Origin: an uncultured Gammaproteobacteria bacterium | GTDB taxonomy: Bacteria > Pseudomonadota > Gammaproteobacteria > Chromatiales > Chromatiaceae | Assembly (NCBI GenBank): GCA_963716875.1 | Contig: CAVQUR010000016.1 | Coordinates: forward strand, 168,632-232,631 | Direction of reading: 5' to 3' | Length of the DNA stretch: 64,000 bases | Shown: piece by piece, positions 9,261 through 21,531 of the stretch | Position numbering within the stretch: position 1 is the stretch's first letter | How the letters are laid out: each line of letters begins with the position of its first letter | Translations under genes and position numbers: made by a program | Notes under the pieces: model-generated | What the model was told of the DNA's origin: nothing | The model's input: the letters and a program-made list of their open reading frames with translations, nothing else | The model's database searches: none

Positions 9261-10325
9261 ATGCAGATCTCACTTACACAACCGGATGACTGGCATCTCC
9301 ATTTACGGGACGGGGCAGCCATGGCTTCGGTCATCGGCCACACCGCAAAATGCTTTGCCCGCGCCATTGTCATGCCCAACCTGAAACCACCGGTCAGTAA
9401 CACTCAACTGGCCGGGGAGTACCGGCAGCGGATTCTTCGAGCCTTACCAAAGGATTCGCCATTCGAACCTTTGATGACGATCTATATGACGGACAACCTC
9501 TCCATCGAAGAGATCCGCACGGCAAAATCGAGCGGTTTCATCAAAGCAGTCAAGCTCTATCCGGCCGGTGCAACGACCCATTCCGATTCCGGGGTAACCG
9601 ACCTCAAGAGACGCTATCCGGTCATCGAAGCGATGCAAAGCATGGGTATGCCATTGCTGGTCCATGCGGAGGTGACGACCAGCGAGATCGACATCTTCGA
9701 TCGCGAGCAGGTCTTCATAGAACGCCATCTTGCACCTTTGGTGCGTGAATTCCCCGAACTCCGGCTGGTGTTCGAGCACATCACAACCCGGGAAGCGGTG
9801 GATTTTGTCACCGGCGCATCGAACCGGGTCGCCGCCACCATCACCGCCCACCACCTACTTTACAACCGCAATGCCATGTTGGCGGGTGGGATTCGCCCTC
9901 ACTACTATTGCCTGCCCATCCTCAAACGGGAGACTCATCAAACGGCGCTGATCGAGGCCGCCACCAGCGGAAATCCAAAGTTCTTCCTGGGAACCGATAG
10001 TGCGCCACACGCCCAGCAGACCAAGGAGTGTGGTTGCGGTTGCGCGGGCTGCTATACCGCCCATGCTGCAATCGAACTCTACGCCGAAGCTTTCGAGCGC
10101 GCCGGAGCCCTGGAAAAACTGGAAGGATTCGCCTGCTTCCATGGCGCGGATTTCTATGACCTACCCCGTAACAGCGGGACCATCATCCTGAAAAAAGAGA
10201 GTTGGGAAGTACCCGCCTATTATCCGCTCGGAGACGATAGGCTAGTCCCGTTAAGGGCTGGCGAGCAGATCCAATGGCGACTGCTTGACTGGGACTCTAC
10301 AACCGGACAACCCTTGCGGATATAA
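9261..10325 (+). CDS. pyrC: dihydroorotase (class II, homodimeric type)
   Basis: 354 aa. N-terminal [10 protein letters not shown] metal-binding motif, [11 protein letters not shown], and FLGTDSAPH near the C-terminus. Confidence 0.92.
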   Translation: MQISLTQPDDWHLHLRDGAAMASVIGHTAKCFARAIVMPNLKPPVSNTQLAGEYRQRILRALPKDSPFEPLMTIYMTDNLSIEEIRTAKSSGFIKAVKLYPAGATTHSDSGVTDLKRRYPVIEAMQSMGMPLLVHAEVTTSEIDIFDREQVFIERHLAPLVREFPELRLVFEHITTREAVDFVTGASNRVAATITAHHLLYNRNAMLAGGIRPHYYCLPILKRETHQTALIEAATSGNPKFFLGTDSAPHAQQTKECGCGCAGCYTAHAAIELYAEAFERAGALEKLEGFACFHGADFYDLPRNSGTIILKKESWEVPAYYPLGDDRLVPLRAGEQIQWRLLDWDSTTGQPLRI

Positions 10326-10331
10326 GCGAGA

Positions 10332-11093
10332 TCAATCTTTCGGCGCGACCTCATCATCAAACTGAATCTCATCTTCAAACTGGGTTTCATTGAGTGACGG
10401 TGCCCCATCATTGATCTTATTTCTCCGATTTTGCTGGTAGGTTTCACGCAAGAAAGAATAGGAATCGACAGCGGCCTCCTCCAGGACATCGGTAGTCTCT
10501 AACAGATCTGCACGAGCATCAATATAGTTCAGGGTCAGGAGTGCCCAGTAGATTCCCTCGCTCGTGTAGTAGATCGGATTGATGATCAGGTCACCTAATT
10601 GGCCGATAAAATCCCTTAGGTTACTGGGGCCAAGGAACGGAATGACCAGATAAGGGGTATCCCCGACACCCCAGTGACCCAGGGTCTGGCCCAGGTCTTC
10701 TTTGTAGCTCTTCAGTCCCATATTCGAGGCCACGTCGAAGAAGCCCAACAGCCCTATGGTGGTATTGATTGACAAGCGCCCGACGTCGGATAGGGATCGG
10801 TGGGGTTTCAATTGCAGCAGGTTGTTGACCGCTGAATTGATGTCCGCCAGATTGCCGAAAAAATTAGTGATACCCCGATCGAGCGGGGCGGGTGTCACGT
10901 TACGATAACCCTTGGCTACTGGCTTGGCGATGTTTTTGTCGAACTTTTGGTTGAACCAATCCACATCCCGATTGACGGGTTCGAGCGGATCTGAAACGTC
11001 GACAGACGGCATCGAGACGCACCCCGAGACTATCCAACCCGCCAACAAGCAAACAACGGATATTCTGAGCACTGGATTTAGTCTGCTCATCAT
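10332..11093 (-). CDS. mlaA: phospholipid-binding outer-membrane lipoprotein MlaA (VacJ family)
   Basis: 253 aa. Lipobox LAGWIVSGC. The conserved DPLEPVNR..FN..D..I.KPVAKGY block is typical of MlaA/VacJ. Confidence 0.88.
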   Translation of the reverse strand: MMSRLNPVLRISVVCLLAGWIVSGCVSMPSVDVSDPLEPVNRDVDWFNQKFDKNIAKPVAKGYRNVTPAPLDRGITNFFGNLADINSAVNNLLQLKPHRSLSDVGRLSINTTIGLLGFFDVASNMGLKSYKEDLGQTLGHWGVGDTPYLVIPFLGPSNLRDFIGQLGDLIINPIYYTSEGIYWALLTLNYIDARADLLETTDVLEEAAVDSYSFLRETYQQNRRNKINDGAPSLNETQFEDEIQFDDEVAPKD

Positions 11094-11584
11094 GAGTTAT
11101 CTTTCCTTCTTATTCCCTTGTGGGTATATCATCATTAAATCAATCCTTACAGCCACCATGTAAACAATGGATTTCATGCCCCTAGAATGACTACAGGAAA
11201 AATCAAATGAATATGCATGAATACTGCATATCACAAATTCGATCTGGAGCAACCTCCATTTCCTCATGGATTTTCATGATCGCAGTTTCTAAACTCAACA
11301 GGCATCAGTCTCTGGTAAATCGGGACTGACGCTAGCACCCACCGCACCCGCATCGAAGGTTGTTAAAATTAATTGCCAAGCAGTTATTATAGAACCCGAT
11401 TCAATTGTTCATACCAGCACGAGTACTGATTGGCGATAAAGTATACAAAAACAGCAACAGAACTTCGTGAACTTTTTGGCGAATTGGGCTTTGGCCGCTC
11501 CCAGCATAACAATTTCAGATAACGACAAGTAGGTACTGTGATGATTCGATATCTCCCAAAACCGTTCAGGATCAATCCGCTTAA

Positions 11585-12226
11585 ATGAATGACATCACAT
11601 ACAATCCCAGCATCGCCAAACGATTTCGCGGCTATATTCCAGTCGTGGTGGATGTGGAAACCGGAGGTTTCGACGCCAAACAGGATGCCTTGCTGGAGAT
11701 CGCCGCCACCACGATCTGGATGGATGATGCCGGTTTCTTACAGCCAGGCGAAACCCATGCCGCCCATGTTGAACCTTTCGCGGGAGCCCATATCGATCCC
11801 AAGGCGATCGAATTCAACGGTATCGATCCCAGTCACCCTTTCCGCCTGGCCCTGACTGAAAAGGCGGCCCTGGAGAAGCTTTTCACCCCGATCCGGCGGG
11901 CAGTGAAGTCGAGTGGCTGCAAGCGCGCGATCCTGGTGGGACACAATGCCTTTTTTGATCTAGGATTTTTGAATGCCGCGGTTGAACGCAGCAAAATCAA
12001 ACGCAATCCATTTCATCCATTCAGCACCTTCGACACCGTAAGCTTGGCCGGATTGGCCTATGGCCAGACCGTGCTAGCCCGGGCGGCACAGTGCGCCGGA
12101 TTGGATTGGGACAGCAACGAAGCCCACTCCGCCATCTATGACACGGAGCAGACCGCACGGTTGTTTTGCACGATCGTCAACCGCTGGCAGGTGCAAAACC
12201 CAAACAACCCCTGGGACGTATCCTAG
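11585..12226 (+). CDS. rnt: ribonuclease T
   Basis: 213 aa. [17 protein letters not shown] (DEDD exo I motif), [11 protein letters not shown] (exo II), HSAIYDTE (exo III). Confidence 0.92.
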   Translation: MNDITYNPSIAKRFRGYIPVVVDVETGGFDAKQDALLEIAATTIWMDDAGFLQPGETHAAHVEPFAGAHIDPKAIEFNGIDPSHPFRLALTEKAALEKLFTPIRRAVKSSGCKRAILVGHNAFFDLGFLNAAVERSKIKRNPFHPFSTFDTVSLAGLAYGQTVLARAAQCAGLDWDSNEAHSAIYDTEQTARLFCTIVNRWQVQNPNNPWDVS

Positions 12227-12383
12227 CACCCGCCACCAGAAGGGTCCGGCTAAGACCGGCGACTCCGCCAGTTCGCTAGATATGCATAGCCCTACACACT
12301 GATGCCGATCAATTGCAGCTATTGTTTTCGCCTCGTGTTAGGTCGAGAATATATCCAACTGCTTTGATCTTGAGGTATAGGAG

Positions 12384-13082
12384 TTGGGTAAACAACTATT
12401 TTCCCCTGCCTGGGGACGGTGGCCGGGTCTGCTGTTCGCGTTGAGTATAGCGGTAATATCCGGCTGCTCGACGAACCAGATCCAATCATCTGTGCAGTAT
12501 GAAGATCTCTCTCTCACACCCAATGCCCTGGAGACACACGGGTTGGCATTCATTACCCCTTCCACCGTGACCGGAAGGGAACAAGATATCCAGACCCTGG
12601 CCTTCATCTTCTCCGAGGTGATGCAACAAGAGCGTCCGAAGATCAAAGTGATCAGCCTGCCCAAGACCTTGAGCGCCATCAACAAGGCCGGCATGGCCGA
12701 TGAATACAAGACCATGTATTTCGATTACAGCGATACCGGTATTTTCAAGAAGGAGTCGCTGCACATGGTAAGCGAGGTTACCGGAGCCCGGTATCTCGCC
12801 CAGTTGAAGCTCGCCAGCTTCCAACAAAACTCTTCGGGACGTTTCGGCATCTTCGGCCTGCGCCTGGTAAAAACCCAGGAGGCGAACATCCGCCTGTTCT
12901 TCCAGATCTGGAACAGCGAGCAAGGCACCATCGTCTGGGAGGGGGCGGAAGAATTGAACTACGCCTGGGATACCACCAAGGAGAAACCGGTCTCTTTCCA
13001 ACTGGTGGTCGAAGAGATCGCACGTAACCTGATCAGTAAGCTGCCGAACGCTGAATCGAACCTGCTATCCCATACCGACTAG
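12384..13082 (+). CDS. putative lipoprotein, function unknown
   Basis: 232 aa ORF with a TTG start. Signal/lipobox LLFALSIAVISGCS. No recognisable catalytic motif. Confidence 0.6.
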   Translation: MGKQLFSPAWGRWPGLLFALSIAVISGCSTNQIQSSVQYEDLSLTPNALETHGLAFITPSTVTGREQDIQTLAFIFSEVMQQERPKIKVISLPKTLSAINKAGMADEYKTMYFDYSDTGIFKKESLHMVSEVTGARYLAQLKLASFQQNSSGRFGIFGLRLVKTQEANIRLFFQIWNSEQGTIVWEGAEELNYAWDTTKEKPVSFQLVVEEIARNLISKLPNAESNLLSHTD

Positions 13083-13544
13083 CGCTCTCTAGCGGGTCAA
13101 TCGAACATCAGGGCCTACGTAACCCGCGGCATGGCGGGGGAAACAGGCCCCAAGATAGCTGGAAGTACAGATTACCCTTGCCTGGCATATCTATTGAAAA
13201 CCACCTCCCTAGCCAGGCGTTGATAGGAGCATATCGCTAACCAAAAATCTAGCTGGCAACAGGCCGCCTGATCGTACTCAAGATTACATCCCTTGTTCAT
13301 CAGTCCCTATCAGGATCTTGTCATGCACCGATTTCACTCCCCTAACAACAAAACCGCACCTTTTGGGTGCATCACTGTATGGAGGAGTTTTGTCAGATTG
13401 TTATGTATTCAATATATCCTATTGATATTAAAATATATTCGCCATTTTAGAATTATGGCTCAAGTTTTGCTATGTCCATACCCAAATCTGTGTAATAGAA
13501 ACAACACAACGATGTTTAACCCATGATTCCAGGAACAGCAGTCA

Positions 13545-14804
13545 ATGAACTCTCTCTTATTTCAACGGCACGGAGACAAAGAAAATTCCGACTTTTTCGA
13601 GCACTATTTACGCGAACTCCTCTCTGAGCGGGATCGAGTAGGGCTGACCGAGATGATCGGACAGATCGAGGCCCTGATGATCACCGTGGATCCCAATCAG
13701 TCAGTCCGCTATGTAGGCGAACTCTGCCTCATGACCCCATACCACTACCTCGTCACGCTGGAGAGTGAGTCTCACTGGACCCATATCCTGCGCATCGATA
13801 TGAACTCCCCCGACCTGCTGGTGAGAGAGGTCAAGGATCCGAACACCCGAGGCATCTTCCGTAGTCTGAACGAGGTCTATCCGATCGGAGCCAGCAAGCC
13901 CAACAGCCGTTACATGGGCGAGATCCTGCGGGTGGAGAACATGAGCGAGGTCACCCGGCTGCAGCATGAACGGGAGTTCCGCTTCTTTTCCCAGGATGAC
14001 GTGCGTCGCCTCGAGCTGCCGGGCAATCTGTCGGTAAGTAAACCTTCACCCTATACCCATAACATCGTTGCCTACATGGAACGTCCGGAAGATCAGCTGC
14101 GGGTCTATGCCCTGGGCCTGTCGAGTATCCGGGAAGATGTGCAGGCGGCCTATGTGGTGGCGAAAGAACTGCAGGCGAGACTGGAAATCGAACATCTGCT
14201 TACCCCCATCGATCACCTGGCTACCCGCATCTACAGTCAGAACCGGGAAACCGCCATTCTCGAGTGGCTCTCTTTATCCAGCTACTACTATTGGGGTTCC
14301 TACGATATCAAGGACCAGAACTCGTCCACCAACGTGACCAAGAGCGCCCACTTCGACGACGAGGTTTACAGCCCGGCCAAGGTCTTCACCGCCAACAACA
14401 CCCCCTATTTCGTCAATCACCTGGAGCGTCTGCCCTCCCCCACGGAGACCTTCGTGCGCAACTATGGACCACGTCTGCACCATCTGGCGATCGGGGTGCT
14501 TGACGGCGAGCATGACGGGATGGAAAACATCGACTACGTTGTCAACGCCATCGCCAGCCAGGGTAAGAAATTCCTGCTCGATGTGATCGGTTCGCGGGAA
14601 GAGGGGATCAAGCAGATCTTCTCCGGCGCCTCGGAACACTCTTCACTGATCATCGAATACGTGCAACGTTTCGGTGATTTCGACGGTTTCTTCACAAAAC
14701 AGAATGTGGCGGAACTGACCCATGCCGCGGGTGTGGAAGCCGAGCTGCTGGAAATGCAGTCCATGGCTGCAGCTGCCGTCCCACCAACCAACGAACGTCA
14801 TTAA
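13545..14804 (+). CDS. hypothetical protein with C-terminal VOC / 4-hydroxyphenylpyruvate-dioxygenase-like module
   Basis: 419 aa. The last about 110 aa (LHHLAIGV...GIKQIFSG...IIEYVQRFGDFDGFFTKQNVAELTHAAG) resemble the C-terminal barrel of HPPD-type dioxygenases. The N-terminal about 300 aa are not recognisable. Confidence 0.55.
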   Translation: MNSLLFQRHGDKENSDFFEHYLRELLSERDRVGLTEMIGQIEALMITVDPNQSVRYVGELCLMTPYHYLVTLESESHWTHILRIDMNSPDLLVREVKDPNTRGIFRSLNEVYPIGASKPNSRYMGEILRVENMSEVTRLQHEREFRFFSQDDVRRLELPGNLSVSKPSPYTHNIVAYMERPEDQLRVYALGLSSIREDVQAAYVVAKELQARLEIEHLLTPIDHLATRIYSQNRETAILEWLSLSSYYYWGSYDIKDQNSSTNVTKSAHFDDEVYSPAKVFTANNTPYFVNHLERLPSPTETFVRNYGPRLHHLAIGVLDGEHDGMENIDYVVNAIASQGKKFLLDVIGSREEGIKQIFSGASEHSSLIIEYVQRFGDFDGFFTKQNVAELTHAAGVEAELLEMQSMAAAAVPPTNERH

Positions 14805-14843
14805 CCGCTTCATCAGCATTGAACATAGGACAGAATCCAGACT

Positions 14844-15557
14844 ATGAGTCGTATCCATTTTATCGGCGGGGAGAAGGGCGGTGTGGGCAAATCTGTCATG
14901 GCCCGGTTGCTCGCCCAGTATTACATCGACAGAGAGATACCCTTCAAGGTATTCGACGCGGATCTCTCCCATGGCGCGATGTTGCGATATTACGCGGACT
15001 ACTCCGAGTCCGTAGATCTCACTGAGTTCGAAAGTGCCGACCGGATCATCGAACAGGCAGCGGAATCCGGCGTTACCACCATCGTCGACATGGCGGCGCA
15101 AGCCTCCAAACACCTGGACCGCTGGGTGAGCGAAGCCGGTCTGCTCGAGTTTGCCGATGAACTCGGTATCGCCCTGACTTTCTGGCACGTCATGGACGAC
15201 GGCGCAGACACCCTGAAGCTGCTGCGGAATCTGCTGGATGGCTATGGCAAAAGCGCCAGTTACGTGGTGGTGCGCAACTACGGCCGGGGCAGCGACTTCT
15301 CCTATTTCGACGCCTCCGAAAATACCTCACTGGTGCAAGATCTCGGGGCAAGGCTGATCGATCTACCCGGACTGCATCCACCGACCATGCGCAAGATCGA
15401 TCACATCAGCGCCAGTTTCTGGGGCGCTGCACACAATACCAGGAGTGAACTCGGCCCTAGCTTGGGGCTGCTTGAGCGACAGCGGGTCAAGACCTGGCTG
15501 AACAAAACCTACGCCCAGCTGGATCGCCTGCACGAGGGATTTGCTCAGACAGAATGA
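14844..15557 (+). CDS. ParA/MinD-superfamily P-loop ATPase, TraL-like
   Basis: 237 aa. Deviant Walker A at the extreme N-terminus (IHFIGGEKGGVGKS). Overall layout resembles IncP TraL-type ATPases. No partner parB or transfer genes nearby. Confidence 0.65.
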   Translation: MSRIHFIGGEKGGVGKSVMARLLAQYYIDREIPFKVFDADLSHGAMLRYYADYSESVDLTEFESADRIIEQAAESGVTTIVDMAAQASKHLDRWVSEAGLLEFADELGIALTFWHVMDDGADTLKLLRNLLDGYGKSASYVVVRNYGRGSDFSYFDASENTSLVQDLGARLIDLPGLHPPTMRKIDHISASFWGAAHNTRSELGPSLGLLERQRVKTWLNKTYAQLDRLHEGFAQTE

Positions 15558-15574
15558 ACCGTCTGCATAATTCA

Positions 15575-15612
15575 GCCCTTTGCCCTGATAGACCTGGAAT
15601 CAGGCTAAGGGC
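15575..15612. terminator. imperfect long hairpin between convergent genes (possible bidirectional terminator)
   Basis: GCCCTTtGCCCTGAT-agacctgga-ATCAGGCtAAGGGC lies between the stops at 15557 (+) and 15640 (-). No clear U-tract. Confidence 0.35.
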
Positions 15613-15639
15613 GACGGCGCCAGATCGCAACAATACCCT

Positions 15640-16443
15640 TTAGTTACTGCCGTTGGTGACCACCGGCGCCTCACACTCGCCGAAGCCGGCGTTGGGGTCG
15701 GCGGCCTGTCTCAGTTCCCATTCGAAACGGGGCAGGTTTTCGAACACCTGTTGCAATCCCTGGCGCCAGGAGGCTTCGAGCTGCTGCATATAGTTGCCAT
15801 CGGATTCGAAGTGGCAGCGGGTGGCCAGCTGGAACTCGTCGCTGCGATAGATAGAGAGCTCGAAGGGGGGGCCTACGGTAATATTGGAATTGGCGGTAGA
15901 GGTCAGGGAGACAAGCGCGAGACGGGCGGCATCGTGCAAGGCCATGTCATATTGCACCAGTCGGTCCAATACGGGTTTGCCGTACTTGGTCTCACCGATC
16001 TGCAGATACGGGGTGTTCTCGGAAGCCTCGATATAATTACCTTGCGGATAGATCAGCACCAGCCCGTGAGGCTGTCCCTGTACTTGCCCCCCGAGGATCA
16101 GGGTCACCTCGCCGCTCACGCCGGACTGCTGCAGGGCCTGATTATGCAGGTTCTGCACCTGCCGGCTTACCCGCGCGACATAGTCCGCCGCCTCGAAAAG
16201 ATAGCGGGCCGACAGCAGGTTTTCCCCTCCACTGGGAAAGTCCAGGTCCCGGTTGATATGATTGATGATCTCCTGGGTGGTCGCGAGGTTGCCCGCGGAG
16301 AGCAGGATGAACAGCCGATCCGGCGCCGGCGTGAAAAGATGCATCTTCGAATAACTCGTTACATAATCAACGCCCGCATTGGTCCGCGAGTCGGAGGCCA
16401 ACAAGAGACCCTCCTTGAGGCAGATCCCAAGACAATATGTCAT
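15640..16443 (-). CDS. Anbu (ancestral beta-subunit) proteasome-homologue peptidase
   Basis: 267 aa starting MTYCLGI (Thr immediately after Met = Ntn nucleophile), then ASDSRTNAG. Adjacent and divergent to transglutaminase / circularly permuted ATP-grasp / alpha-E genes, the classical Anbu neighbourhood. Confidence 0.85.
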   Translation of the reverse strand: MTYCLGICLKEGLLLASDSRTNAGVDYVTSYSKMHLFTPAPDRLFILLSAGNLATTQEIINHINRDLDFPSGGENLLSARYLFEAADYVARVSRQVQNLHNQALQQSGVSGEVTLILGGQVQGQPHGLVLIYPQGNYIEASENTPYLQIGETKYGKPVLDRLVQYDMALHDAARLALVSLTSTANSNITVGPPFELSIYRSDEFQLATRCHFESDGNYMQQLEASWRQGLQQVFENLPRFEWELRQAADPNAGFGECEAPVVTNGSN

Positions 16444-16632
16444 ATATTCAGATTCTCTAAATTTGAACTTGCTTTAAATATTAAACCAATAACGATTGTG
16501 GAGACACTACAGAAGCACTACTATATTTTTTCATAGTATAGCATTGGCATAAAATATGCCCTGCGATCACTATCCGGGTATTTAAAGCATACTTGCGACT
16601 TTTTTGCACCAATAAAGGACAAATAACGCACC

Positions 16633-19600
16633 ATGTCAGTACGTGTCGCTATCCACCACCGTACCGAATATCACTATGATCGGCCGGTCAGTCTATCACC
16701 CCATACGATTCGCCTCCGTCCAGCGCCCCATACCCGCACACCGTTGCATCACTTCTCACTGAAGGTGGAACCCAAGACCCACTATCTCAACTGGCAGCAG
16801 GACCCGTTCGGTAACTTCATCGCCCGTTATGTGTTTCCGGAAAAGACCAAGAAACTGATTGTGGATGTGAACCTGGTCGCCGACATGGTGACTATCAACC
16901 CCTTCGATTTCTTCGTCGAGGAATCGGCCACCTACTATCCCTTCAAGTACGAGACCCAACTGCAGAAGGAGTTGACCCCCTATTTCGAAATCAAGGAGTC
17001 CGGCCCCTTACTGAATAAACTGCTGGACAAGCTGAAAGCGGCTGATCTGGGCATGGCGATGACCCGTGCGGATGCCGAGCAGGACAATCCGGAACATAAG
17101 GATGCGATTGAATTAAAGGGACCGAATATCGTCTATTTTCTGGTGGAGTTGAACCAGGAACTGCAAAAGCTGATCGGCTACACCATTCGCCTGGAGCCCG
17201 GCATCCAGACCTGTGAAAGGACCCTGCACAGCAAGACCGGTTCCTGCCGGGACACCGGCTGGCTGCTGGTGCAGATCCTGCGTCACCTGGGTCTGGCGGC
17301 GCGCTTCGTCTCCGGTTATCTGATCCAGCTCGCCGCCGATCAAAAGTCCCTGGATGGGCCTTCCGGACCGGAGGCCGACTTCACCGACCTGCATGCCTGG
17401 GCGGAGGTCTTCATCCCCGGGGCCGGCTGGGTCGGTCTGGATCCCACTTCCGGGCTGTTTGCCGGTGAGGGACATATCCCGCTGGCCTGCACCCCCGACC
17501 CCACCAGCGCCTCCCCCATCGTCGGTAAAACCGACCAGTGTGAGGTGACCTTCAAGTTCGAGAACAAGGTCAGCCGTATCCATGAGGACCCGCGGGTCAC
17601 CAAACCATACACCGAGGATCAGTGGCGGGCGATCCTGAACCTGGGCGATGAGGTGGACAGTGTGTTGCAAGCGGGTGACGTGCGTCTCACCATGGGTGGC
17701 GAACCTACCTTCGTCTCGATCGATGACATGGACAGTCCGCAATGGAATACCGCGGCACTCGGCGCCCACAAGCTGGAGCGCGCCGGGGTGCTGCTGCGGC
17801 GTCTGAAAGAGACCTTCGGCAAGGACGCCGTGCTGCATTATGGCCAGGGGAAATGGTATCCAGGCGAGCAATTGCCGCGCTGGGCGATGACCTGCGCCTG
17901 GCGCAAGGATGGACAACCGGTATGGAGCCATCCGGAGCTGCTCGATCATCCCGGTTCTGCGAAACACCACTCGACTGAACATGCGCAACGTCTGATCGAG
18001 CGCATCGCAAAGCATCTGGAGCTGGATAACCGTTACATCAAACCAGGCTTCGAGGATGGCGCCTATTACCTGTGGAAAGAGGGCATGCTACCCGTCAATG
18101 TGGACGTTACCGATAGCAAGCTGAAAGACCCCATCGAACGCGCCAGGGTGTTGCGCATCTTCGAACAAGGCCTGGACGCCGTAGCCGGCTATACCCTGCC
18201 CATCGCCTGGGATTACACCAACCAGAGCTGGATCTCCAGTCAATGGTCGTTTCGCCGCGGTAAACTGTTCCTGATCCCCGGCGATTCACCCATGGGCTAT
18301 CGCCTGCCGCTGGACTCCCTGCTCTGGGAACCCGAGCGCCAGCGCCACAGGGTCGTGCAGAAGGACCCGTTCGACCAGCGAAAACTGGTACCGGAGATTC
18401 GTGACCGCCTGCGCATGGTGCGCCAGGGTGACACCATGCCATTACCCGAACAGCCGTTGGCGGCCGACGATCGCACGGTTGACCTGAATAGTAAGGCGGC
18501 CAGGGGGCAAGCCCCGCTGATTCGCACCACCTTGTGTGTCGAACCGCGCAACGGTCACCTGCATGTGTTCCTGCCGCCCCTGGAAGAATTGGAGCACTAT
18601 CTGGATCTGGTCAACGCCATTGAGGCCGCGGCGCTGGAGAGCAGCCTGCCGATCGTGATGGAAGGCTATGAACCTCCGCATGATCCGCGCCTGCAACGTT
18701 TCATGATCACCCCGGATCCGGGGGTCATCGAAGTCAACATCCATCCCGTCAACAACTGGCAGGAACTGGTGCAGAACACCACCGTACTCTATGAAGAGGC
18801 CCGTCAATCGCGCCTCGGCACCGAGAAGTTCATGCTGGACGGGCGTCACTCCGGTACCGGCGGCGGCAACCATGTGACCATCGGCGCCGCCGCTCCCGCC
18901 GACAGTCCGATCCTGCGCCGCCCTCATCTGCTGCGCAGCCTGGTCATCTACTGGCAGAATCACCCGGCCCTCTCGTACCTGTTCTCCGGGCTGTTCATCG
19001 GCCCGACCTCCCAGGCCCCCCGGGTGGACGAGGCCCGGGATGACGCCCTGTATGAACTGGGTATCGCCTTCAAGGAACTGCCGCCCCACGAAACCCCGAT
19101 GCCCTGGGTAGTGGACCGGGTTCTGCGTCATCTGCTGGTGGATCTGACCGGCAACACCCATCGCGCCGAATTCTGTATCGATAAACTCTACTCACCGGAT
19201 GGCGCCAGCGGCCGCCTGGGACTGGTGGAGTTCCGTGGTTTCGAGATGCCGCCCCACGCCCAGATGAGCAGTGTGCAGATGCTGCTGCTGCGTTCCCTGA
19301 TCGCCCGTTTCTGGGATCACCCGTATGCAACGGGAGCCGGTGCGCTGGGGTACGGAACTGCATGACCGTTTTATGCTGCCCCATTACGTGGAGCGGGATA
19401 TCGCCGACGTCGTCAGCGACCTGAACCAGGCCGGCCATGGTTTCGACATGAGTTGGTTCGATCCCTTCATCGAATTCCGTTTTCCCCGCTACGGCACCAT
19501 GAACGTGGATGATATCGAGCTGGAACTCAGGTTCGCCATCGAGCCCTGGAACGTGCTGGGCGAAGAGGTCACCGCCCAGGGCACCGCACGCTACGTGGAC

Positions 19601-20026
19601 TCCTCGGTGGAGCGCCTGCAGGTGAAGGCCAGTGGCCTGACGCCGGGGCGTTACGTCATCGCCTGCAACGGTCGCCGGGTGCCCCTGCGCAATACCGGCA
19701 CCCGCGGCGAGTTCGTCGCCGGGGTGCGCTACAAGGCCTGGCAGCCACCCTCGGGTCTGCATCCGACGATTCCGGCCCAGTCGCCCCTGGTATTCGATGT
19801 GGTGGACACCTGGAATCAACGCTCCCTGGGCGGCTGTACCTATCATGTCGCCCATCCGGGCGGGCGCAATTCCGAAGCCTTTCCGGTGAATGCCTACGAG
19901 GCGGAAGCCAGACGCCTGGCGCGCTTCACCCAGCACGGTCACACCGGCGGGCGGCTGGTCCCACCCGAGGAACCGTTGAATCCCGACTTTCCCTGGACCC
20001 TCGATCTTCGTCGTACCCCCTGCTAA
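16633..20026 (+). pseudogene. large transglutaminase-family protein (DUF2126-type), one frameshift near 19326-19336
   Basis: ORF 16633-19365 (910 aa, transglutaminase core GSCRDTGWLLV...HAWAEV...GLDPTSG) continues in ORF 19325-20026. FWDHPY in one frame joins EPVRWGTELHDRFMLPHYV in the next. Confidence 0.8.
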
Positions 20027-20038
20027 TGGAGGTCAGTC

Positions 20039-21486
20039 ATGAGCATCAACTTGGAGGCCTTCGAAAACCATCCGTTCTTTGATGAACTGATCACCCCCAA
20101 GGGCCATGCCCGATCCTACGCCCGCAAGCTGGTGAGTTACCTGAGAAAGTTCGATAAAGAGGAACTCAACGAACGGCAGCAGGCGGCGGATCTCGCAATG
20201 AAAGCAGATGGGCGTCACCTTCCGGGTCTATTCCGCGGAGGAGGGTTCCATCGATCGCGCCTGGCCCTTCGACATCATCCCGCGTCTGATTCCCAAAAAG
20301 GAGTGGGACCAGGTCGAGGCCGGCCTGAAACAGCGGGTGCAGGCGCTCAATCTGTTCATCGACGATCTCTACCATGAGCAGAAGATCATCAAGGACAAGG
20401 TCTTTCCCGCCTCTGTGCTGGCCAAATCGGTCAACTTCCGCGAGCCAGTGCGTGGGAGTGGATCCACCCCTGGGGGTCTGGGCCCACATCTGCGGCTCCG
20501 ATCTGGTGCGCCACACTGACGGCAAGATCTACGTCCTGGAAGACAATCTGCGGGTACCCTCCGGGGTCTCCTACATGCTGGAGAACCGCCTGGTGACCAA
20601 GCGGGTCTTCCCGGAACTGTTCGAGACCTACAGTCCGCTGCCGGTCAACACCTATCCCGGCGATCTCTACAATACCCTGGCCACCCTCTCCCCAAGACCG
20701 AGTGACAATCCGGAGATCGTGGTGCTGACCCCGGGCATCTACAACTCGGCCTATTTCGAACACGCCTACCTGGCGCAGCAGATGGGTTGCCAGCTGGTGG
20801 AAGGCCGCGATCTGGTGGTGGATGACGACGACTGTGTCTACATGCGCAACATCGAGGGACTGTCCCGGGTGGATGTGATCTACCGGCGCATCGATGATCT
20901 GTTCCTGGACCCCGAGGCCTTCAATCCCGATTCCACTCTGGGCGTGGCCGGACTGTTGCGGGCCTGGAAAGCGGGCAATGTGGCCCTGGCCAATGCCCCC
21001 GGCGCCGGCGTGGCGGACGACAAGGTGGTCTATTCCTATGTCCCGGACATCATCCGCTACTATCTGGATCAGGAGGCGCTGGTGCCGAATGTGCCCACCT
21101 GGCGCTGCATGGACCCCGAGTCCCTGGCCTATGTGCTGGAGCATCTGGCGGAACTGGTGGTGAAACCCGCCAACGAATCCGGCGGCTACGGCATGCTGGT
21201 GGGACCCGCCTCCACCCGGGCGGAACGCGAGGAGTTCGCCAAGCTGATTCAGGCGGACCCGCGCAACTACATCGCGCAACCGACCCTGGGCATCTCCACC
21301 GTACCGACCCTGGCGCGGGGCCAGCTGGAACCCCGGCATGTGGATCTGCGCCCCTTCATCCTGAGCGGCCGCGAGTTGAAGGTCACTACCGGCGGGCTGA
21401 CCCGGGTCGCCCTGCGCAAAGGCTCGCTGGTGGTCAACTCATCCCAGGGCGGCGGCAGCAAGGATACCTGGATCGTCGACAGTTGA
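20039..21486 (+). pseudogene. circularly permuted ATP-grasp type 2 protein, two frameshifts (about 20205 and about 20445)
   Basis: Three successive frames (20039-, 20208-, 20374-21486) give one continuous homologue-like sequence (..AADLAMKA / MGVTFRVYS..KSVNFRE / [48 protein letters not shown]..). Confidence 0.8.
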
Positions 21487-21531
21487 ACCAGAGAAAACCA
21501 GACAACCCGAGAACTCACAGGAGATAGAGAG

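Noticed and set aside
11094-11584. A 490-bp AT-rich spacer between mlaA and rnt, containing the 62-aa ORF 11387-11575, as a possible small gene or ncRNA.
   Set aside because: There is no RBS or motif support for the ORF. I could not see a convincing conserved structure or terminator, so it is treated as a divergent promoter region.
13293-13526. 77-aa ORF in the leader of the 419-aa gene.
   Set aside because: The stretch is AT-rich, the peptide is low-complexity, and there is no Shine-Dalgarno sequence. It is most likely non-coding.
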